Of a stretch of 64,000 bases of DNA, positions 57,369 to 64,000 are shown piece after piece. The stretch is from an uncultured virus (IMG/VR IMGVR_UViG_3300035162_003276) (lineage: Duplodnaviria > Heunggongvirae > Uroviricota > Caudoviricetes). The stretch lies in IMG/VR virus record IMGVR_UViG_3300035162_003276; one strand, written 5' to 3'. The notes under the pieces are model-generated. The model did not search any database. It saw nothing but the letters and a program-made list of their open reading frames with translations, and was not told the DNA's origin. How positions within the stretch are numbered: position 1 is the first letter of the stretch; each line of letters begins with the position of its first letter. A program made the position numbers and the translations under genes.

Positions 57369-58469
57369 ATGGCAAGTAGCGCAATCGGACTCAATGGACC
57401 CATAGGTGTCCAAGAGGGTAGAAATAAAATAATAAACGGAGAGTTTGCTCTTTGGCAAAGAGGAAATTCCAAATCGTTTTCGGCGACTGGTGGAACCACT
57501 TTCGATTACACTTCGGATAGATGGTTTTACTATAGTGCTACTGCTGCTGGTACAACATCAGCGGCGGTCGAGATACGCAAAGAATCCTTTGAGTTTGGGA
57601 CTGAACCCGATTCAGTTCCTTCACCAGAGAATTATCTGAAACTCATACTTGGAACTACTGGTGAGGGATTAACCACAGACCAGCAGTCTCAGGCGTATCT
57701 AGAACAGAGAATAGAAAATGTAAATTCATTCGAAGGTCAGAGTGCAACGATTTCATTCTGGGCGAAAAGTAGCGAAACATCTAGAGTAGTTCAAATTTCT
57801 GCTCACCAGTTCTTTGGTACTGGTGTTACTGCAAGTCACGTTGCGGGATTGACCTTTGGTGTTACGCCAACATGGACCAAGTACTCTGGTAGAATTACAA
57901 TTCCATCGGTTGCAGGTAAAGTTCTGGGCGAGAGTGCAACCAGCAACCACCTAGCACTTAGATTCAACTTACAGTCCGGTTCCTCGGCAGGTTACATGTA
58001 CGATACAATAAACTGGCCTGCTGGAGCAACAGAAGACTTCGCACTCACACAAGTTCAACTTGAAGAGAATTCACTTCCAACAAACTTCGAAAAACTAGAT
58101 GAAGAGAGTGAAATTCAAAGAGCGGGCAGATTTTTCGAAATTGTTCCTGTCCATCCGATAGCATACGGAACAGCAAACAACACAGCGTCAACGCATAGAC
58201 TCATCAAGAAGAGAACAAGCGACTATGAAGTTAAGTTCTCCGAAGCTGGAGATTTCATTGCAAGAAATGAAAACCGTGGACTTGATGCTATAGACAAGAG
58301 GGATGATTCTGTCACTGCATATGTCACTGACCACAATGGTGCAAATGGAAATGTTGTTCCTAAATTTACATTAGATTTCGGATCAGGTGCTGGTAGTAAT
58401 GATTTGGATGGATACATAAGATTAGCGGTTGATGATGAAATTCACATAGGTTCAACAGGCGGAAACTGA
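57369..58469 (+). CDS. virion protein with carbohydrate-binding-like domain
   Basis: RNKIINGEFALWQRG...DRW...QRIE...T.SFWAK...VQLE...T.FE; paralog of the 51505-gene C-terminus. Confidence 0.8.
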   Translation: MASSAIGLNGPIGVQEGRNKIINGEFALWQRGNSKSFSATGGTTFDYTSDRWFYYSATAAGTTSAAVEIRKESFEFGTEPDSVPSPENYLKLILGTTGEGLTTDQQSQAYLEQRIENVNSFEGQSATISFWAKSSETSRVVQISAHQFFGTGVTASHVAGLTFGVTPTWTKYSGRITIPSVAGKVLGESATSNHLALRFNLQSGSSAGYMYDTINWPAGATEDFALTQVQLEENSLPTNFEKLDEESEIQRAGRFFEIVPVHPIAYGTANNTASTHRLIKKRTSDYEVKFSEAGDFIARNENRGLDAIDKRDDSVTAYVTDHNGANGNVVPKFTLDFGSGAGSNDLDGYIRLAVDDEIHIGSTGGN

Positions 58470-58471
58470 AC

Positions 58472-60082
58472 ATGCCACAGAGTGCAATTAAAATACCACA
58501 AGGTGAAACTGGAATCCTTACAATCAAGGAACCAGTTAGAATTTACTGTAGAACATCTGGCAGTGATACTGAAGGGGACGGCAGCATTGCAAACCCATTC
58601 TTTAGTATACACAGAGCGTTTAGATTCCTTGAAGATTATGTTTTTGTTGAAAATGGTCGAGCAACAATTGATGTTGGTCCGGGTCGGTTTGATTTTTCTT
58701 CAACCTGTATAATAAGTGACCAGTCTGGTAAGATTGGAATCGCGGGTGCATGTGAAACTTATAGAACTTTACGACAGGTAACGGCATACAACTATTCTGA
58801 TGGAAGTGACGGGATCACTGCAAACTCTGTAGAAAATTACATGACAATGGTTCTCGTTGATCCGACAGATCCAACTTCAGAAAATGTTGAAGGTATTGAT
58901 GTTGGAGACCACCTTTTAATTGAAAACGCAACTTATCAAAAGGCAGTTCCTTACTTCACCATCCAAGAATCCAGTTACGGAATGACTGGTGGTGATGCAG
59001 ATAAATCAATAAACGCTCTTGGTTGTTACGAAGTTCACGCGGTCGATACCGCTGCGAATACTGTAACTGTAAAACACCCAACCAAAAACTTCCCGATAAA
59101 ATGTCACGCAGACGACGTGGGGGCCGCTCTTGGTTCCGGCGAAGAGGTTCTCTTCGGTAGTGGAACAAATACAATTTCAATTGGACAAAATGACCCCATT
59201 CTATTGGGTGGTCCGGGATTTGAATTAGTTGGCGAACAAGCGGCATTTGATGATTTCAATCCTGTTGGGTTTTACGGAACAGATACAATTTCTGGATCTG
59301 GTGAAAACCCTGTTCTTATTCAGGATGAAATTAGAGTCAAAGTAATCAAAAGTGTTCTGAAGTGGAGAAACAGACTTCCGGCGACGAACGGCATTGTGAT
59401 GAATGAAAATGCTTCAATTGATGGAATTGAAAATATAATTCTTTCGGGTGGATCATGCACAAAGTCTTTCCATGAAATCAATCCTGTCCATGCTGCCACT
59501 GCACTGAAACTAAAAGGCAATAACAGTATTAGAAAAAATGCAGTTCGAGTACACAACATAGGATTTTCGGGGTGGGGGACAGCACTACTCGTTAAAAATA
59601 GTTCCAACTTCATTGGACAAAACCTAATCATTACAAACTGCGGATATGGTGTTGTGTCTGATAGAGGATCAAATGTAGACTGCGATCAGCTCACAATCCT
59701 CGGAGCAGACATCGAAGCAATTAGAGCCAAAAACAATTCGGTTTTCACTGCGAACGGTGCCATCATTGGGATTGGTGGATTTAATGTTGAAGTATTCCCT
59801 GTGCTGGCTGCTACAAACGTAGAAGCGGTAAGCAGTTTCTGGACTAAAGAAAACGGAAAACCTGTTCGAATTATACACAACCCATCATATAGATACTTAC
59901 CAGACAGCAACAATGCTGTCGATGAGGGTTTACTGGAAACTAACCGGGAGGGTCTGCGTTTATATGGAATGTATACTACAACCAATGGTGGACAGTATCC
60001 AGTAGACGGTGCCATAGTAGGATCCGATGGATTGACATATGGTGTTGGTGAATCACTCAATTGCCCTGCAAGTAGGATTTAA
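58472..60082 (+). CDS. beta-helix (pectin-lyase-fold-like) tail protein, N-terminal part
   Basis: GSD..GDGSIANPF.SI.RA; repeated G..I...N.S coils. Confidence 0.7.
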   Translation: MPQSAIKIPQGETGILTIKEPVRIYCRTSGSDTEGDGSIANPFFSIHRAFRFLEDYVFVENGRATIDVGPGRFDFSSTCIISDQSGKIGIAGACETYRTLRQVTAYNYSDGSDGITANSVENYMTMVLVDPTDPTSENVEGIDVGDHLLIENATYQKAVPYFTIQESSYGMTGGDADKSINALGCYEVHAVDTAANTVTVKHPTKNFPIKCHADDVGAALGSGEEVLFGSGTNTISIGQNDPILLGGPGFELVGEQAAFDDFNPVGFYGTDTISGSGENPVLIQDEIRVKVIKSVLKWRNRLPATNGIVMNENASIDGIENIILSGGSCTKSFHEINPVHAATALKLKGNNSIRKNAVRVHNIGFSGWGTALLVKNSSNFIGQNLIITNCGYGVVSDRGSNVDCDQLTILGADIEAIRAKNNSVFTANGAIIGIGGFNVEVFPVLAATNVEAVSSFWTKENGKPVRIIHNPSYRYLPDSNNAVDEGLLETNREGLRLYGMYTTTNGGQYPVDGAIVGSDGLTYGVGESLNCPASRI

Positions 60083-60096
60083 AGGAGAATTAGACA

Positions 60097-60996
60097 ATGC
60101 CAAATGGTATGCTTCCATGTGGGGGCCCCGGCGCACCTGAATGCGACGAACCAGATGTCCCAATTGATGTAGATCCGCCAGTCGATGACGGATCCGGGGA
60201 CATCGGTGATCCCGGAACTCAACCACCCGGTGAAGGTGGTGGAGATGTTAACCCGCCAGGTGAGGGTGAAGATCCCCCAACAGAAGAAGACCCCGATCCC
60301 GAACCCCCCGGCGAGGGTGGTGGCGGTGGTGGCGGTGACGACGGTGGCGGTCCTGTAGATGAAGAAGGACTTTCTTGCGGTGTTGAACCTCCACTCACCG
60401 GAGTAGTAGTTTCAACAGAACCAACACAGGTTGCTTTAGGTGAACCATTTACAAAGAGATTTGGAACCGGCATAAAAGCCACGGATAGTTCTACAATTAC
60501 AATCAACGCACCCGTTGTAGTGGGGATGAACAAACGAGGCATTGAGTCTAGAAGAGAGTCGATCGTTAAGGTAAACGGTGGCATTTGTCGTGGTGGAGAG
60601 TATGGTATAATAGCATCAATTTCATCAACTGCATATGCGGCTAGATTCCTGAACGAACGAAACGGCGGTGTTCACGCTGAACACTCAGGTACTATCATTT
60701 TCGGCCGAGACTCATTGGCAAAGAATGTAAGACAGATGACCTGTGCAGATGCTTCCTTCTTGTACTTGATCGGAACAACTTCACAAACTACAAAATTCAC
60801 AAGCGACGACACCAAAGCATATAAACTCCTTTCTTTGCGACACATGAGACTAGAAGGTGCGTCCCATGCGGAAACGAATTCAACAGGAACTACTGCAACC
60901 ATATTCCGAGGTGACTTTGAAGCAAACGAAGGAAGCGCAAACTACACAGTAGATGAAAGTTCATCATTCGAATCCGAACCAATTGTCACAGATTAA
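60097..60996 (+). CDS. Pro/Gly/acidic-rich protein with beta-helix-like C-terminus
   Basis: AAGGAG RBS; low-complexity N-half; GIKATDSS/GIESRRES/GIIASISS coils. Confidence 0.65.
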   Translation: MPNGMLPCGGPGAPECDEPDVPIDVDPPVDDGSGDIGDPGTQPPGEGGGDVNPPGEGEDPPTEEDPDPEPPGEGGGGGGGDDGGGPVDEEGLSCGVEPPLTGVVVSTEPTQVALGEPFTKRFGTGIKATDSSTITINAPVVVGMNKRGIESRRESIVKVNGGICRGGEYGIIASISSTAYAARFLNERNGGVHAEHSGTIIFGRDSLAKNVRQMTCADASFLYLIGTTSQTTKFTSDDTKAYKLLSLRHMRLEGASHAETNSTGTTATIFRGDFEANEGSANYTVDESSSFESEPIVTD

Positions 60997-61009
60997 TCCA
61001 GAGTAACCC

Positions 61010-62908
61010 ATGCCAAAGAATACCAAGAAAAAATATATTTTTGATAAAGTCGGAGAGATAATTGACCACGTTGATGCTGGAGAACTTCTATCTCTTGGCA
61101 CGGGCGATACCGCTTTGGTTATCGGCAAGACAGACTACACAAAAGCACAAGGTAAATTCGCAAGACCCGCCTCGCCAGATGCCGATGATTCTACTCGTAT
61201 TGGTATATCAGACAGAATCGCTGATATGTCAGTTGATACGAGAAGTGAAAGAAGAGAAGCATCGAATGAGGGATCCACTGGTGACGATGGTCACAATTAC
61301 CCATTAGTCCGTGGTTGTGGAAACTATGCGTATAACGAGATTGTAAGACAAGATAAAATGAGGGTGATTACACTACCATTTGACGGTAGTGTAAATCAAT
61401 ACCCGAAGCACTTTAATACCTCACCATTTGGTGGAACTGGTTCCAAAAACGCATCAGCCGTGTTTGGAACTGGATATAACGATAGTCTCGGTGGACGATT
61501 GCTACTCGGACACAAATCTCTCACAGCAGATTTCCACATGGCAACGTGGATGTATTTTACAACGACACCGAGCTCAGATCAGACTATCGTAGGCAAACTA
61601 GATTCTGTCTCTGGGTTTACTGGGCCCGAGTCTGGTGCCTCTGGACCAACAGGAGGAGTCTCAGGTGGATCTGGTGATGTCTTTAGACTATGGACCGACT
61701 CTGGTACAAACAACCTCTTCTTCAGTTTCAGTGAAGACGGTGAATCAGGGACTGGTCTGAATAAAACACTAACAGTCGGAACTGTTGGTGGGTCAATTCC
61801 AATCCGCCAGTGGAATCACATTGCTGTCAGTTATGACTGCAAGAGAAAGTTTGCTGAAGTTTATGTTGATGGATCAAGAACTGCATCTCTGGCAATCACG
61901 GGCGAAGGTTTGAAAACAAGTGCATACCCAATCTACATTGGTGCCAATCGAGACGGAACTGATGGGTTCAAGGGATACATGAAAGACTTCATTCTTAAGA
62001 GTGGAAGCTCTGGTGACGTATCGCCAATCGCGGGCAGGACAGGTGCTTCTCTTTCTGGTGCAACACAAGAACAAGCGTTCCTGCACGGAGAAACATTACC
62101 ACACCACACACTGTACTATATGTCAATGGATGGTAAACTCGGTTGCCGGAACTTTGCCGTCGAAACCGAATCGTTTGGCAAAGGCATAGTGACATTCTGG
62201 GATCCAGATTATCACAGACTGGGCATCCGAGCTATCGAAACATTCGGTGACTTTGAGACATTTAGAAATAATCAAGGGTTTATCCACGGACTATCTTCGG
62301 GTGCTTTACACTTAACGTCAGCAACTAACAACAGTGGATTTACACAAAGCACAATAACAGAAGCAATCTCTACAACCAAGGGTAGAATTGATGGTGAATT
62401 CGCAGTCCAAACAGAAAGTCTTTTCCGTTTAACTGGCAACACACTAGCAGCAGGCCACTTCGTCAACTTGTTTGGTGCTGATGGTCCTTCAGGTGGTACG
62501 GGCGGTGGTGGTACTTCTGGAACTGGAATCATTGGAACGGGTGATGCTGGACAAACAGGAAACGCTGGACAACAATTTAGCATGTTTGCCACAACCCAAA
62601 ACTTTGATTATGTTACTGGTATTGCAAACATTATTTTGGGTAAGAGTGGTGGTGCATCTGGCGAAACCAACGCGATCGCTGACGCTGATGACAAAGTGTT
62701 TCACTTGTTCGACAGAGAGGTTCTTGGATTATACGAGGATCTATCGAGTTTCTTCTCTCACGCCAGAGAAGTAAGAGACACAAAGAAGAGTCTCACGAAT
62801 GCGATAACAGATGTCCGTAAGATTGGAACTCAAATTGATGGCATCAAGTTTGATGTCAAGACACCAGAATCTCCTAAGTACAACTTCTTCACCGCACAAT
62901 CGAGTTAA
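61010..62908 (+). CDS. LamG/concanavalin A-like domain virion protein
   Basis: DF....WMY; QWNHIAV.Y...VYVDG; IYIGA...F.GY..D. Confidence 0.8.
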   Translation: MPKNTKKKYIFDKVGEIIDHVDAGELLSLGTGDTALVIGKTDYTKAQGKFARPASPDADDSTRIGISDRIADMSVDTRSERREASNEGSTGDDGHNYPLVRGCGNYAYNEIVRQDKMRVITLPFDGSVNQYPKHFNTSPFGGTGSKNASAVFGTGYNDSLGGRLLLGHKSLTADFHMATWMYFTTTPSSDQTIVGKLDSVSGFTGPESGASGPTGGVSGGSGDVFRLWTDSGTNNLFFSFSEDGESGTGLNKTLTVGTVGGSIPIRQWNHIAVSYDCKRKFAEVYVDGSRTASLAITGEGLKTSAYPIYIGANRDGTDGFKGYMKDFILKSGSSGDVSPIAGRTGASLSGATQEQAFLHGETLPHHTLYYMSMDGKLGCRNFAVETESFGKGIVTFWDPDYHRLGIRAIETFGDFETFRNNQGFIHGLSSGALHLTSATNNSGFTQSTITEAISTTKGRIDGEFAVQTESLFRLTGNTLAAGHFVNLFGADGPSGGTGGGGTSGTGIIGTGDAGQTGNAGQQFSMFATTQNFDYVTGIANIILGKSGGASGETNAIADADDKVFHLFDREVLGLYEDLSSFFSHAREVRDTKKSLTNAITDVRKIGTQIDGIKFDVKTPESPKYNFFTAQSS

Positions 62909-62913
62909 TCATA

Positions 62914-63204
62914 ATGAAATTAATAATTGATATTGATTCAAACACTGCGATTGTTGACGATGAAATTTTATGTTTGCCCACAATAAACTTCTTTGAGTCA
63001 TCTGCTATACCATCTGGTGAATTTAAAAGACGAGTATATTTTTCTGGCAAGAAACATTACCTGAAGTCAGACAAGTCCACTAAAGTGTTGGATCCAAACA
63101 ATGAAAAGTTTGATGCTCTTTTTGGAAAGATAAAAGAACTTCGAGCAGTGAACAAGAAGATAAAGAGTGGCCAAATTAAACTGCCAGTTAAATTCGAGGG
63201 GTAA
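62914..63204 (+). CDS. hypothetical protein
   Basis: 96-aa ORF within the operon. Confidence 0.6.
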   Translation: MKLIIDIDSNTAIVDDEILCLPTINFFESSAIPSGEFKRRVYFSGKKHYLKSDKSTKVLDPNNEKFDALFGKIKELRAVNKKIKSGQIKLPVKFEG

Positions 63205-63210
63205 CTGTGC

Positions 63211-63217
63211 ATACATA
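63211..63217 (+). promoter_or_regulatory. late-promoter variant ATACATA
   Basis: In the short gap before gene 13. Confidence 0.55.
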
Positions 63218-63233
63218 TCAAGGAGGTATGTAA

Positions 63234-63986
63234 ATGGCCACACCAGCAAGCAGACAACAACTTAAAGACTACTCACTTAGAAGACTAGGACAACCTGTCA
63301 TCGAAGTGAATGTTGATGATGAGCAAGTAGAAGATCGTATGGACGATGCTCTACAGTTCTTCGCGGAATACCACTTCGATGGTGTTGAGAAAGAATACTT
63401 TCAGTATGCAATTACAGCGGATGATATCACGAACAAATACATCAACACTGATGGAATTGATCCGTCTCTAATCAGCATTACTAAAATTTTTGATACTTCA
63501 ACTAGCAGCACAAACATTTTCGATGTTCGGTATCAAATTGCCCTCAATGATTTTTACGGACTGAGAACCGGACTAGGTAACATTTCATATTACGATATGA
63601 CCCAGAGACATCTTTCTCTGATCCAGCAGATTTTGGATCCAGAAAAAGCACTGCGGTTTAGTCGCGTCACGAATAAACTTAAAATTGATACGGACTGGGA
63701 CGAAACCTTTACCGCAGGTGATGTTTTAGTTTTCGAAGGATATACAATCCTAAACCCAAACGAGTATCCAGAAATTTATAATGATAGATTACTGAAACGA
63801 TATGTTACAGCATTAATCAAGCGACAGTGGGGCGAGAACCTTTCTAAATTCCAGAACATTCAATTGCCCGGTGGTCTACAGTACAACGGTGCAGAAATCT
63901 ACGGACAGGCCACCGAAGAGATCCGGCAGATCGAAGAAGAGGTTCAACTCAAGTACGAACTCCCACCCGACTTTATGGTAGGATAA
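63234..63986 (+). CDS. 13: neck protein gp13
   Basis: P.SR..LKDY.LRRLG.PVIEVNVDDEQ..DR.D.A.Q.F..YHFDG; KRQWG.NLSKF..IQLPGG. Confidence 0.97.
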   Translation: MATPASRQQLKDYSLRRLGQPVIEVNVDDEQVEDRMDDALQFFAEYHFDGVEKEYFQYAITADDITNKYINTDGIDPSLISITKIFDTSTSSTNIFDVRYQIALNDFYGLRTGLGNISYYDMTQRHLSLIQQILDPEKALRFSRVTNKLKIDTDWDETFTAGDVLVFEGYTILNPNEYPEIYNDRLLKRYVTALIKRQWGENLSKFQNIQLPGGLQYNGAEIYGQATEEIRQIEEEVQLKYELPPDFMVG

Positions 63987-63987
63987 A

Positions 63988-64000
63988 ATGGCAACCAATA
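63988..64000 (+). CDS. start of neck protein gp14 (partial)
   Basis: MATN... immediately after gene 13; assigned by synteny only. Confidence 0.5.

Overview
64-kb segment of a large T4-like (myovirus) phage genome. 1-10 kb is an accessory region: a DenV-like glycosylase gene, 13 tRNA genes (12 with U34 anticodons, none encoding CCA), several unexplained structured non-coding segments, a SPOUT RNA methyltransferase, a DUF4406-like protein, a prepilin-like protein, a trypsin-like lipoprotein protease, a TraR/DksA-type zinc finger and exported dockerin-like proteins. 10-64 kb is the T4-like core: gp33, gp32, tape-measure/hub, gp51, gp26, gp54-like, gp2, gp4, gp48, gp53, hub, gp5, a fibre cassette, PAAR, a 2678-aa multi-domain protein, gp25, gp6, gp7-like, gp8, a DUF4815-like protein, tail fibres, gp13 and the start of gp14. 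The prepilin and dockerin styles suggest a Planctomycetota (Phycisphaerae-like) host; this is inference. Best leads: a ~190-280-nt multibranched RNA with its own promoter inside the tRNA cluster, a second RNA between a late promoter and a terminator, an envelope-targeted module with a candidate -1 frameshift, the U34 tRNA set next to a SPOUT methylase, and the giant protein with repeated TIM-barrel-like units. All calls come from reading motifs by eye; no searches or folding programs were run.
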